Shown: one piece after another, positions 1 through 10,024 of the stretch | Position numbering within the stretch: the first letter of the stretch is position 1 | How the letters are laid out: every line of letters starts with the position of its first letter | NCBI GenBank assembly: GCA_965249725.1 | Contig: CBDFMQ010000002.1 | Span: 928,001 to 992,000, forward strand | Direction of reading: 5' to 3' | DNA: 64,000 bases | DNA from: Longimicrobiales bacterium | GTDB lineage: Bacteria; Gemmatimonadota; Gemmatimonadetes; Longimicrobiales; Gaopeijiaceae | The notes under the pieces: generated by a model | Databases searched by the model: none | Seen by the model: the letters and a program-made list of their open reading frames with translations, nothing else | What the model was told of the DNA's origin: nothing | Position numbers and translations under genes: made by a program

Positions 1-562
1 TGAAGTTCAGGAGCGTCTCGCCGCCGAAGAACGTCAGGTTGGCCACGTCGTTGTCGCCCGACTCCTTGAACATGAAGTCCACCGATTCACGAGCGGTCTC
101 CTCCGTCATGAACTTCGGCTTCTTCCCGTTCTCCGTGTCGACGATCTTGTCCTCGCCGTACTCGTAGCAGTATGTGCACGCCAGGTTGCACTTGTTGGTG
201 ACGTTGAGGACCATTGTCGTGAGCGGGAAGTTCTCCGGAGGAATGACCGGCAGCGATCTCGTCGGCGGGAGCCGCACGTCACCGATCGCCCGAATCTCCT
301 GGAGCTCCTCGACCGCATTGGCCACAACACCGGGCTCGAAACGACCCGTGAGCGACGCAGTGAGGTCGTCCAAGGACATCGGACCCTCGTCCAACGCCTT
401 CAGCACCTCCCACGAGGGCGTGTCCACGTGGAAGACCCCTGCGCTGGGCACCATGTAGAGAAAGTGCTCGCCGGCGGCCTCGAACGGATGGAACTCCCGC
501 AGGCCTAAGGCACTCAAAGGTGAATCGTTCAAAGGTGAATCGTTCAATGGTAAAGCGTTCAT
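1..562 (-). CDS. qhpD: Radical SAM maturase of quinohemoprotein amine dehydrogenase (QhpD/PeaB-like), 5' part; runs off the left edge
   Basis: Not in ORF track. Manual translation from ATG at 562 (ATGA overlap with the qhpA stop): MNALPLNDSP...TMVLNVTNKCNLACTYCYEYGED...LTFFGGETLLNF, containing the CxxxCxxC motif and FFGGE. Lies directly downstream of qhpA. Confidence 0.9.
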   Translation of the reverse strand, partial: MNALPLNDSPLNDSPLSALGLREFHPFEAAGEHFLYMVPSAGVFHVDTPSWEVLKALDEGPMSLDDLTASLTGRFEPGVVANAVEELQEIRAIGDVRLPPTRSLPVIPPENFPLTTMVLNVTNKCNLACTYCYEYGEDKIVDTENGKKPKFMTEETARESVDFMFKESGDNDVANLTFFGGETLLNF

Positions 563-2271
563 CGGATGTCTCCCCAGGGATCCCAGCGCATATAGAGCGG
601 CACCGTGACGATCAGATGGCTGCGGGCCCGCAGCGGCCGTGCGGCACCCTCGGGCTGTAGGGTAGCCACCACCCACACGTCGCCGATGTTGTTGCGGTTG
701 CCCACACGTTCGGGGTTGGGCCCGTCGATAGCCGGAGTGAACAGCCCGCTCTCGTCGACCCCGCCCACGTACTCGATGTCGTCGTCGATGAACGTGGCGT
801 CGTACTCCTCGATGGACCACGTGGGATCGACCACTCCCAGGTCTACGTCGTCATCCGTCTCGGTCCGACCGTCCAGCCCATCATGGTAGGCCCGTGCCTC
901 GAACTGCACGAAGCCCTTCGGCATCGCCACGCCACCGACTCGAGCCATGCCCCAGGGCGGGTTCACGCGAATCGAGTGCACTTCGTCGTAGACGAACCCG
1001 GCCTCGGGGAGCCGCGCACCCGCGACGTATATGTCTCGCGAGCCCACTGCCGCACCCTCGTCGACATCGACCTGGACCGTAGCCGAACCATCGGTCACAG
1101 ATACGACGCGGTCCACCGAAATGCCGGGTCCGAGATCGAGATCACCAGAGGCGAGGCTCGATGGCAGGTTGGCGCCGAAGATCGTCACGGTCTGATCATT
1201 CGCACCGATGCGGAGGGCACGAGGCTCCATGCCGACCACGACCGGATCGCTTCCTACTCGGTGGAAACGTACGTCGAGACCGAACTCGTCATAGTCCCCT
1301 GCGAACCACCGCCCCGAGATCTCCTCCCAGTCGCGCTCGACGATCAGGACCTCCCGGAGGGGATCGAGCCCCGTGTCGAGCGTCGAGCGACCCCGCCACT
1401 GGAAGCCCGTGTACACGGTGGCGCTCCCCTGCCGGGTTACGGTCCGGCCCGTGCGGGCGTAGGACAGCGTGGTGCTCGTCGTGAACTCCTCATCCGAACC
1501 CGGCACGGCCTCGATCGTCGCGGCCCCGAAGAGCCGGCCGTACCCGGTCTGGGTCGCCGTGACCGCCCACGTTCCGGCCAGGCGCGCCGGCCTCATCGTC
1601 GCGGACCAGTCGGACCACTCCGGAGTCTCGAGCGGGTATTCCTCCGCCAGGTGGTTGACGGCTTTATCCATGGGGTGACGCGTATCGTCGCGGGCCCCAG
1701 GAGTGCCCTCTGGCGGACCGTTGTACCTGAACGCCTGGCTGTCCACGATGGGATAGAGCCCCCGGTGCGTCGCCATGAGTAGCGCCCATTCTTCTTTGGT
1801 CCGGCGCTGGGTGATGACGCGGCCCATCGAATGGCACTGGGTGCACGTGATCTCGGTGTCGTCGTCGGCCTCGTAATCGTAGTCGATCATGCGACGTTCG
1901 ACTTCGAAGTTGCCGGGCCGGAGCTCTTCCGGAGCAAGACCGTGGTTGTCGGACAGGTAGCGTACGACCTGGCGAGCCACGGCGGGCTCCACGTCCAAGT
2001 CGTTCAGCGCGATCATCCTTCGAATCGACGTCTGCCACCCCTCCGGCGTCTTCCGGAGATAGGACAGTCGGCTCATCCGTCCGGAGTCGTCCCTCGTGTG
2101 ACACGCGGAGCAGTTGTCGATGACCGCCTGGTCTTCGATGGGGAAGCCGGTGGCCTCTCCGTCCGATTCGGAGGCGGCCTGGCCTTGACCGGAAACCGGA
2201 CCCGCCACGAGGAGAAGGCCCCCGACAAGCCCGAGAAGAGCGGATAAGCGTCTGCCTCCGAGTCCGTACAT
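559..2271 (-). CDS. qhpA: Quinohemoprotein amine dehydrogenase alpha subunit (di-heme c)
   Basis: Signal peptide; two CxxCH motifs (CSACH, CTQCH); RKTPEGW, YLSDNHGLAPEE, GFQWRG and GLFTPA..GPNPER..NNIGD segments typical of QHNDH alpha. Start may be 2271 or 2334. Confidence 0.92.
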   Translation of the reverse strand: MYGLGGRRLSALLGLVGGLLLVAGPVSGQGQAASESDGEATGFPIEDQAVIDNCSACHTRDDSGRMSRLSYLRKTPEGWQTSIRRMIALNDLDVEPAVARQVVRYLSDNHGLAPEELRPGNFEVERRMIDYDYEADDDTEITCTQCHSMGRVITQRRTKEEWALLMATHRGLYPIVDSQAFRYNGPPEGTPGARDDTRHPMDKAVNHLAEEYPLETPEWSDWSATMRPARLAGTWAVTATQTGYGRLFGAATIEAVPGSDEEFTTSTTLSYARTGRTVTRQGSATVYTGFQWRGRSTLDTGLDPLREVLIVERDWEEISGRWFAGDYDEFGLDVRFHRVGSDPVVVGMEPRALRIGANDQTVTIFGANLPSSLASGDLDLGPGISVDRVVSVTDGSATVQVDVDEGAAVGSRDIYVAGARLPEAGFVYDEVHSIRVNPPWGMARVGGVAMPKGFVQFEARAYHDGLDGRTETDDDVDLGVVDPTWSIEEYDATFIDDDIEYVGGVDESGLFTPAIDGPNPERVGNRNNIGDVWVVATLQPEGAARPLRARSHLIVTVPLYMRWDPWGDIR

Positions 2272-2382
2272 GCTGATCCCTATCTTCTGGCGTCCCGCAC
2301 CGTATGGGGAGAGCCCCCCAAAAGCCTCGTCCACAGAATACGAGGCAGACGCAGGTCAGGCGAGGGCTCCTGCACGGGGGAG

Positions 2383-3912
2383 TCAGTCCCGATCGACGCG
2401 ATTCACCAGGATTTCGCGCGACAGCAACACCGAAAGAGCCCCCATGAAGTCCGGGAGAATGACCGGCTTGTCGAGCCGACAGTAGGCCTCGAACAGATCC
2501 GGCACCTGGGAATGCTCCCCGGAGATCTGGACCAGTCGCTGGACGTCGACCCCCCTCAGATAACGCAGTCCAGACGGTGCCGCGGGGGTCGCGAGCCGCT
2601 CTTCGAGCGTGACCTCATTGTCCACGATGACGGGCCGCTCCACAACGGTGAGCCCAGCCCCTTCATGCAGATCGATCGATGAGCTCCGGCGTAGGGCATC
2701 GAACGCGGTGAGGACGGACGGATCGTTCCGCAACTGCTCGATGTCGGGCTCCCCGTCCTCATCGAAGTCGGCATCGCCTCCAGATTGCTGCCCCCGCCGC
2801 TCCCAGAAGGCATGGCGATGATCCTGCCCGGCGGCTCTAAATACCTCGGCAGCTTGATCGCTATAGCTCGCATAGACCCGACGTTCGCGGCCCTCGTGAA
2901 GATCCACGGCGGCCGACTCCATTTCCGGACGCACGAGCGCAGTGTGCACTACTACGGCAGCGCGCCAAGCGGATGCCAAGGCCTTCTTGACGCCGAACGA
3001 AGAAACCGGATCCAAGAAGGTGGCAGCGTCTCCCACCAGGAGGATCCGTCCCTCGGCGTATCGAGAGGCAGAGTACATGGATGCGTTGCACGCCCATGCC
3101 TCGCCTTCCATCTCCGCCCCCTCGAGGAGCGTCTCCATACGCTTGGCCTTGGCCATCTCGGCACGGTAGATGGGCCCCAGCTCCTTGCCGCGCTCCATCT
3201 CGGTGACCCTCGGGTCGACCATGATCGTGAAATAGCGAACGTCTCCCGCGACAGGAACGGACCACGCCCATCCGTCGGCGAAGCTCTCCACAAGCGTGTG
3301 GGTCTCGTCCGGCACCGGCCAACCCCCGGAGCGACGCCAGACCCCCAAGAGGGCCAGTGTGGCTTGCTCCGCCTCCGGACGGCGGTAATCGCGCGCGACG
3401 ACCCCGGAACGACCCGAGCAATCGAGCACCCATCGCGCCCGTACGCTCTCAACCCCCGTCCCCGCCGTCGCATTGTGGATCGAGTACTCGATCCGGTAGC
3501 CGTCACCGTCGTCCTTCACCTCCCGGACGGTCGCGTTCGGCTCGACGCGGGCTCCGGCCTCGGTCACCAGGGCCAGAAGCACTTGGTCGAGGTCAGACCG
3601 CAACACCTGAAACCCGCTCTCCCCTTCTGCGAACGTCTCCACCCTGCCCTCCGCCTCGCCCCACCAGACCGTATGGCCCGTACTCCGGACGAACCCCGCC
3701 GCTTCTACGGCCTCCAGCGCGCCCACACGGTCCAGGATCTTGCGTGTGCTGGGGGGCAGGGACTCCCCGAGGAGGGAGGACTGTGACCCCGGTCGCGTCA
3801 GGACGATGACCGAGTGCCCCCACTGTGCGAGCAGTCGTGCCGCTGCCGCACCCGCTGGGCCACCGCCCACGACCGCAGCGTCGAAGACAGGGCTCGATGA
3901 TCGTTCGTTCAC
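2383..3912 (-). CDS. qhpG: FAD-dependent monooxygenase (tryptophan-halogenase-like), probable QhpG CTQ-biogenesis enzyme
   Basis: GGGPAG FAD motif, GESL, DCSGR, GWAWSVP, GDAATFLDPVSSFGV; immediately upstream of qhpA. Confidence 0.75.
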   Translation of the reverse strand: MNERSSSPVFDAAVVGGGPAGAAAARLLAQWGHSVIVLTRPGSQSSLLGESLPPSTRKILDRVGALEAVEAAGFVRSTGHTVWWGEAEGRVETFAEGESGFQVLRSDLDQVLLALVTEAGARVEPNATVREVKDDGDGYRIEYSIHNATAGTGVESVRARWVLDCSGRSGVVARDYRRPEAEQATLALLGVWRRSGGWPVPDETHTLVESFADGWAWSVPVAGDVRYFTIMVDPRVTEMERGKELGPIYRAEMAKAKRMETLLEGAEMEGEAWACNASMYSASRYAEGRILLVGDAATFLDPVSSFGVKKALASAWRAAVVVHTALVRPEMESAAVDLHEGRERRVYASYSDQAAEVFRAAGQDHRHAFWERRGQQSGGDADFDEDGEPDIEQLRNDPSVLTAFDALRRSSSIDLHEGAGLTVVERPVIVDNEVTLEERLATPAAPSGLRYLRGVDVQRLVQISGEHSQVPDLFEAYCRLDKPVILPDFMGALSVLLSREILVNRVDRD

Positions 3913-4083
3913 AGGATGCTCCGATCAGCCCCGAAGTCGGCTTCGTCCAAGCGGTTGGGCTGGGATGAGAGTAGTGAGGCGGTCAGGAGCGAGGCAACGC
4001 CGTGCTATTTGGCTCGCACGTTTGGGTCACGGTCACCATCTTAGCCACGCACGGGCCTCAGTCCTTACCCGTTGGAGGCGAAG

Positions 4084-4686
4084 GTGACCACGTTCGAGTA
4101 CCTGTCCGTACTGTTTTCCTTGGTGGTGGGTCTTGCCGTGGCTCAGACTCTTCAGGGACTACTTCGAGTTGTGCGGCATCGCCGGACGGCCACCGTCCAT
4201 CTCCCGGTGCTGATCTGGACGGCGGCCGTACTCCAATGGACGGTCTTCTTCTGGTGGTTTACCGGGTACGGGCTGGTTGGACTCGATGAGTGGCATTTGA
4301 CCACCCTCCTATTCGTGCTGCTGTATGGATGTACACTCTTCTTTCTACTCGGCCTCCTCTACCCCGATGATATCGGGGCCAACTTCGATATGGGGGCACA
4401 TTTCGAAGACATCCGGCCATGGTTCTTCGGTCTCTTCACGGCATTGGGCCTGCTCGACCTCGCTGACACGACATTGAAGCAACTGCTTGGTACCTCGGCG
4501 TGGGAGGGACGGAGTTTGGTCGAGTACTCAGTATTCATGGGAATTTGGATCGTCGGCAGTGGTGTCTCCAGCCGCATTCGCAGCGGCAGATTGGTCGGGG
4601 CCATCGGATTGCTGGTTTTCCTGGCGGGCCTTTACATGACGAATCGATACGCTGGGGCAATGGGACCGTTCCTCGACCTCCTATGA
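4084..4686 (+). CDS. Hypothetical integral membrane protein
   Basis: About 6 hydrophobic segments (MTTFEYLSVLFSLVVGLAV...); GGAGG upstream of GTG 4084. Confidence 0.75.
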   Translation: MTTFEYLSVLFSLVVGLAVAQTLQGLLRVVRHRRTATVHLPVLIWTAAVLQWTVFFWWFTGYGLVGLDEWHLTTLLFVLLYGCTLFFLLGLLYPDDIGANFDMGAHFEDIRPWFFGLFTALGLLDLADTTLKQLLGTSAWEGRSLVEYSVFMGIWIVGSGVSSRIRSGRLVGAIGLLVFLAGLYMTNRYAGAMGPFLDLL

Positions 4687-4959
4687 GTGGGATCAACAGG
4701 CCGGTCTGCACCGGCCACCCTCGCTCGCGCAACTCACCCGCGGTCACCATCTTGGCGACGCGTACATGGCGATCCTGGACTCGCCAGATACCGCCGAGGC
4801 CATGGAGGCCGACGGCGTTAAGCGGGAGACAGTGAAGGTCTTCGTCTTGGACCGCCGCTTCGACCCTTAACCGAGGGTTCCAGCGACAATTGATGCGGGA
4901 GAGCGGCTGTGTCCCCACTTTGATCGGAGGTAGTCCCGCACCCGATCAGGAAGAATCGA

Positions 4960-6117
4960 ATGACCACCACGAGACGGAACTTCATCGGTCGCTCCGCGGC
5001 CGCGTACGGAGCGCTGACACTGGGTCTCCCCGACATGCTGCCCGGAGTAGCTCCGATTCGGACGAACGTTCCGGATCAAGCCCCGCTGCGCATCCTCTTC
5101 ATCGGCGGTACCGGCTTCATCGGCCCCCACATGGTGGAAGCGGCGATCGCGGCCGGACACACACCCACCCTGTTCAACCGAGGACGTACCAACCCGCACC
5201 TCTTCCCGGATGTGGAGAAGCTCAAGGGAGACCGCGACGGTGGACTCGGCGTCCTGGAGGGTCGCACGTGGGACGCTGTGATCGATACTTCCGGCTACGT
5301 GCCTCGTCTGGTCCGTGACTCGGCCGAGCTCCTGAGGGACGCCGTGGACCAGTACCTCTACATATCGACCACGGACGCATACGCGACCTACAACATTGTC
5401 GATATGGACGAGGACGCCCCGACGGCCGTGCTCGAGGATCCGACGACGGAAAATGTCGGTGGGTTCTATGGGCCGCTGAAGGCCCAATGCGAGCGCGAGG
5501 TCCGGGCGGTCTTTCCCGACCGAACGACGGTAGTGCGCCCCACTTGGATCGTGGGCCCAGGGGACCGCTCCACCCATTTCTCTTACTGGCTGCAGCGTAT
5601 CAATGGAGGTGGTGAAGTCCTAGCACCCGGTGATCCGACGGATCCGGTCCAGATCATCGACGCGAGGGACCTGGCGGACTTCGTAGTGCACCTCCTCAAT
5701 CAAAAGACGTTCGGTACCTACAACGCCGTCGGGCCCGAGGCCGAGCTGTCGATCGCCGAGTTCCTGTATGGCATTCGCGCCGTGACCAGCGCGCCGACCC
5801 GGTTCACTTGGGTCGACGCTGACTTCCTGGAGGAGCACGAGGTCTATCCGTGGAGGGACCTGCCGCTTTGGTGGCCGCCGCGGGACGACTATACGGGGCC
5901 TCCGGGAATGAGCATCGGGGGCGGCACGGGCTTCGGCCTGATCAGCCGGGAGCGATCCGTCGCCGCAGGACTCCGGTTCCGGCCCCTGGCCGTCAGCGCC
6001 AAAGAGACCCTGGACTGGTTCCTGACGTGGGCCGACGAATGGGAATCCCGTCAGCGCTCGGGTCTCACGTTGGAGCGCGAGGCGGAGATCCTGGCTGCCT
6101 GGCACGCCCGGCGGTAG
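4960..6117 (+). CDS. Tat-signal NAD-dependent epimerase/dehydratase family protein
   Basis: TRRNFI twin-arginine motif; GGTGFIG Rossmann motif; YGPLK (YxxxK). Confidence 0.85.
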   Translation: MTTTRRNFIGRSAAAYGALTLGLPDMLPGVAPIRTNVPDQAPLRILFIGGTGFIGPHMVEAAIAAGHTPTLFNRGRTNPHLFPDVEKLKGDRDGGLGVLEGRTWDAVIDTSGYVPRLVRDSAELLRDAVDQYLYISTTDAYATYNIVDMDEDAPTAVLEDPTTENVGGFYGPLKAQCEREVRAVFPDRTTVVRPTWIVGPGDRSTHFSYWLQRINGGGEVLAPGDPTDPVQIIDARDLADFVVHLLNQKTFGTYNAVGPEAELSIAEFLYGIRAVTSAPTRFTWVDADFLEEHEVYPWRDLPLWWPPRDDYTGPPGMSIGGGTGFGLISRERSVAAGLRFRPLAVSAKETLDWFLTWADEWESRQRSGLTLEREAEILAAWHARR

Positions 6118-6135
6118 GGGGGGGTAGGCGCTCGG

Positions 6136-7458
6136 CTAGCGGATCCTCCAGCCGTTTACCGGACCACCGTGGAAGAAGTCCTCGGGCGTCATCACCCCGT
6201 CCTGCTTGAACACCACGCCGTCCTTCATGACGAACTGAACGTCACGTAGTGCGTCGATGTCCTCCAGAGGATTGCCCGACACGGCGATCAGATCCGCCGC
6301 CAGGCCGACCCGGATCGGTCCGCGCTCGTCTTCGGTCTCGCTGACCTCGTACCCGGTCACCGTCATGGCCCGGAGAATGTCGACGTCCGGGATGCCGGCA
6401 TCCTTCCACGTCCGGATGAACTCGATGGCGACTTCGCCCCGCGTCATACCCGGCACGTAGTAGTCCGCATCGGTCGAGTACGTGACGTTGACTCCGTTGT
6501 CATACGCGTTCTTGAGTCCCTGGAGCGTCCGCTCGTACCGCGCTTCAGACGTGTGTCCCACAAGCGTGATGGGAGTTTCGGTGCCGGCGCGGAAGATCCC
6601 CTTCTCTGCCATGCGCTTGTGCATGGCATCCGTCAGACCGCGGTCGTGTGCGATGGACCAGATGCCCGCCTCGATCGCCCGGTCCGCCCCCCGCTCGGTC
6701 TGCACGTGGCCCTCGACCTTGAGGCCGATCTGCGCCGCCTCCTCGATGAACAGCCGAATGTCGTCAACGGAGTAAGCCCACGGCTTGCAGTCTACGCAGA
6801 TCTTGATGACGGTCGCCCCGTACAGGGTGTTCTGGCGCACCGCCTTGATCATCTCGTCCGGCGTGTCCGCGTCGAGGTATTCGGGATAGACGATGTTCCG
6901 GTCGATGCCCATTTCGGGCGGAGGGCTGAACTGTCCGCCCATGCCGCCGATGATGATCCCCGAGTTGATGATCATGGGTCCCGGAATCCAGCCCTGTTCG
7001 ATGGCCTGCCGAAGCGCGGTGTCGGCGTAGTTCCCGTTGTTGCCCATGTCGCGGACGATCGTGAACCCCGACGACAGCATTTGCATACCGTTTGAGGCCG
7101 CCTGGATCGCCCGGAGAGCCGTGCTCTCCATGACGTAGGTCAGGTAGTAGACGTTGCTCTCGGGCTCTTCCTTGTAGGTGAGAGCGAGATGGTTGTGCGC
7201 GTCTACGAGCCCGGGAACGATCGTGAGCTCGGACAGATCGATGATCTCGGCGCCGGAGGGGACCGATACGTTGGCTCCGATGGCCTGGAACGCTCCGTCC
7301 TCGACCAGAATGATCTGGTTGGTCGCTATCGTCCCCGCCTCGGGGTCTACCAGACGGCCCGCACGAATGGCAGTTACCTGTGCGGTGGCTGAGGATCCCG
7401 TCGCGAACAACAGGCCCGCGATCAACAGACCCCGTGCGGTAATGGATGCGGTCGTCAT
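6136..7458 (-). CDS. Secreted amidohydrolase family protein
   Basis: Signal peptide; PGLVDAHNH metal motif; GFTIVRDMG; C-terminal ADLIAVSGNPLEDI. Confidence 0.85.
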   Translation of the reverse strand: MTTASITARGLLIAGLLFATGSSATAQVTAIRAGRLVDPEAGTIATNQIILVEDGAFQAIGANVSVPSGAEIIDLSELTIVPGLVDAHNHLALTYKEEPESNVYYLTYVMESTALRAIQAASNGMQMLSSGFTIVRDMGNNGNYADTALRQAIEQGWIPGPMIINSGIIIGGMGGQFSPPPEMGIDRNIVYPEYLDADTPDEMIKAVRQNTLYGATVIKICVDCKPWAYSVDDIRLFIEEAAQIGLKVEGHVQTERGADRAIEAGIWSIAHDRGLTDAMHKRMAEKGIFRAGTETPITLVGHTSEARYERTLQGLKNAYDNGVNVTYSTDADYYVPGMTRGEVAIEFIRTWKDAGIPDVDILRAMTVTGYEVSETEDERGPIRVGLAADLIAVSGNPLEDIDALRDVQFVMKDGVVFKQDGVMTPEDFFHGGPVNGWRIR

Positions 7459-7524
7459 GCCTCGACTCCAGCTATGGGTGAAGCGGGGGGCCCGACAAAA
7501 TTGCCCTCACAATGCCACTACCGG

Positions 7525-8925
7525 TCAGGAAATAGGCCTCTGAACTCCATCGGGACCGTTGTCGTAGTCTTGTACGCTCGAGCTGTTGGGCATGCCCCAG
7601 TCGTTTCCGTTCCAACCATCGAATCCATCCATCTGGACGGCCCAGAAACCCGTCGTCATATCGCTGATGACGACCAGCCCATCGTGGTTGCGGACGTCCA
7701 CGCCCCACGCGCCGTCGTATACGCCCCACGTGAAGTTCCCACCACCGCTCGGGTTCCCCATGCTTCCAGCGTTGTGAGGACCGTCGAACGTATCGTAGTA
7801 GCCCACGGTGTAAGGGTTCTCGGGATCCATCATGTTGAAGACCGAGAGGCCGGTCTCATAACCGGAGACGAACACGTAAGGCCACCGCACTTCATGGTTG
7901 TGGGCGATCGTTTCCCAGTCCGGCGTCCACGCTCCGATGGCGCGATTGATGTTCAGCATCTCGCCCCGGGCTGCCGCCTGGTTGCCCGGACTCAGATCGA
8001 AGACCCGCAGCGGCTGGTACTGCCACTCGGCCTCGCCAATGGCGTACCGACCGTCGGGGGTCGGGGTGAACGTGTGTCCCCAATTGAAACCGGCCACACC
8101 GGTGATCGTGAACTGGATCCTTGGCTCGGCAGGTGAGCTAATGTCCCACACGTAGTACCCTCCACCGCCCGCACCGTAGAAGCGATCCTGCTGGGTGGAG
8201 GGATCGAACATCGCGTAGAGGTCGTGGTATCCGGTCGACAGGTCTCCCGGGTTCGCGGGAACGCCAATCGTCCCGATCAGTCCCTGATCGTCGGCGCCCG
8301 ACACGAACTCGCCCAGATCGTACAGTTTGGTACCACTCGACGTGGCGAACAGGATCACCCTGCCGTCCGAGTGCTTGTAGATGAAGATGTTGTGGAAGCC
8401 TCCCGGCGAATCCGGCACCCTGAAGCGACGGACCTCCCGCACCTGCGAGACGTCGGGAAGGCCCGTCACGTCGAATACGATGCCGGCGACCTCCGAATCG
8501 GGACCACCGCTCCCGAACTGAGTGGACTGAAGGTAGTAGTAGTTGTCGTCGATCTTGAAATACTTCCCGTCGACGGCTCCCCTGCCCTGATGCAGCGGCG
8601 AGTTCTCGATGCGCCACTCGTAGATGATCTCGGCGTTGTCCGGGTCCTCGAGATTGATGATGTCGAAGCCCGTCTCACGGAGACGAGAGACATAAGCATA
8701 AGGTCTCTCGGGATCCTGCTCGTGCTCGATGTCGCCCGTCGTGTACTTACCGCCGAGCGTTATGTGCGAGAGGATGTGTACGTTCGTGCTGCCCTGGAGC
8801 CCGAGAGGTCTCGGAGAGGTGGCCGACGTCCCACCGCCCGACGTTTGAGCCAACGTGCTGACGGCGGAGACGCCAAGCGCCACCAGGACCCACATTCCGA
8901 TCGACCAAGACCGTCTACCAAACAC
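7525..8925 (-). CDS. Secreted LVIVD-repeat / choice-of-anchor B-like beta-propeller protein
   Basis: Signal peptide; repeated His-containing blades (GFHNIF, YHDLY, GHTFTP, AHNHEV); GLSVFNMMDPENP..VGYYDT. Confidence 0.7.
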   Translation of the reverse strand: MFGRRSWSIGMWVLVALGVSAVSTLAQTSGGGTSATSPRPLGLQGSTNVHILSHITLGGKYTTGDIEHEQDPERPYAYVSRLRETGFDIINLEDPDNAEIIYEWRIENSPLHQGRGAVDGKYFKIDDNYYYLQSTQFGSGGPDSEVAGIVFDVTGLPDVSQVREVRRFRVPDSPGGFHNIFIYKHSDGRVILFATSSGTKLYDLGEFVSGADDQGLIGTIGVPANPGDLSTGYHDLYAMFDPSTQQDRFYGAGGGGYYVWDISSPAEPRIQFTITGVAGFNWGHTFTPTPDGRYAIGEAEWQYQPLRVFDLSPGNQAAARGEMLNINRAIGAWTPDWETIAHNHEVRWPYVFVSGYETGLSVFNMMDPENPYTVGYYDTFDGPHNAGSMGNPSGGGNFTWGVYDGAWGVDVRNHDGLVVISDMTTGFWAVQMDGFDGWNGNDWGMPNSSSVQDYDNGPDGVQRPIS

Positions 8926-9068
8926 TGGACCACCTCCTGATGTGTTGAACAGCGGCCTGTGACTCGCCGCGAAGCTGCAACATAGGGGAATTGGAGTCGT
9001 GCGCGACAGAAAGGAAGGGCTGCTACCGCCCTGGCTCCTAGGCCAAGAACCGATTCGCGCGAAGCCCG

Positions 9069-9956
9069 TCAGGCCGCTTCAGGGACCGGAACCAGGCGCT
9101 CGACCCAGGCGGATCGGAGCATGGCCAGGGCAGCGTAGGTCACCACGACAACAACCAGCCACCGCATGGTCGTCAGCGGCAGCGAACCCACGATGAACGC
9201 GGCGATAAGAACGGCGGGTACCCCCCCCAGCGCGAGCCCGAGAGCCGGACGATGCTCGTACGCATCTTCCTTCAAGAACCGCACTGAGGCCACCGGCATC
9301 AGGAACGCCGAAGCTCCCATCATGATCGGGAACGCCACGGCCGGGTTGAGCCCGAGCAAGCTGATCACGATCATGGCGGGCGCGTACATGCCGATGCCCA
9401 GCGTCATGAGCGCGCCGAGGATGAAGAAGGAGATCATCCCCACGGCGAGGGAGACTCCACCGAGGCCAATCGCGTCACCCCCGACGGGAGCGAACCCCAG
9501 GTTGGCCATGATGAACGTGACGCCGGCCAGCAGGAGCGCGACCCCCATACCGATCTGAATCCGACGGCGCGGCCAACGAGCCACCACGCCCGCTCCCAGC
9601 CAGGCCCCGAGGACCGAGGCCCCCATAAGAGTCGTCAGCGTGACCATGTCGACTTCGATGATCGCGATGAAGATGAACGCCTGCACGATGACGGGAATCG
9701 TGTGTCCAACGTGCATGGTTCCGGGGATGCGCTCGTCGGGAACCAGCTTCTGCAGCTTGTACCACGAGGTCGTGGGCGCAAAGGACCCGATCCCGAGGGT
9801 GTCGAAGAAATTGGTGACGAAGCCGACGGCCGACAGAAGCGGCGAGGGGAATCGGCCCTCCCCCTTGTCGGCGCGGCTGTTACGGACGCTCTGGACCCAG
9901 CGCGTCACACAGATCACGCCGAATACAGCCAGAACGACGAAGAGAATGGTTCGCAT
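9069..9956 (-). CDS. TSUP (TauE/SafE) family membrane transporter
   Basis: Multiple TM helices; NFFDTLGIGSFAP and LMTLGIGMYAP internal repeat. Confidence 0.8.
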   Translation of the reverse strand: MRTILFVVLAVFGVICVTRWVQSVRNSRADKGEGRFPSPLLSAVGFVTNFFDTLGIGSFAPTTSWYKLQKLVPDERIPGTMHVGHTIPVIVQAFIFIAIIEVDMVTLTTLMGASVLGAWLGAGVVARWPRRRIQIGMGVALLLAGVTFIMANLGFAPVGGDAIGLGGVSLAVGMISFFILGALMTLGIGMYAPAMIVISLLGLNPAVAFPIMMGASAFLMPVASVRFLKEDAYEHRPALGLALGGVPAVLIAAFIVGSLPLTTMRWLVVVVVTYAALAMLRSAWVERLVPVPEAA

Positions 9957-10024
9957 GGGGGCGAAAGTAGGAGGTCAGAAAGCTACGTGCGAGGCGGCGG
10001 CGGCGGAGTCACCCTAGAAGAAGC

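Noticed and set aside
4866..4930. Possible riboswitch (agggttcc...gcgggagag) upstream of the epimerase
   Set aside because: Only short motif resemblance; the conserved ykkC/glycine architecture could not be built.
7470..7481. agctatgggtga as a sixth R40 copy
   Set aside because: Only a 12 bp match; could be chance or a shared -10 context.
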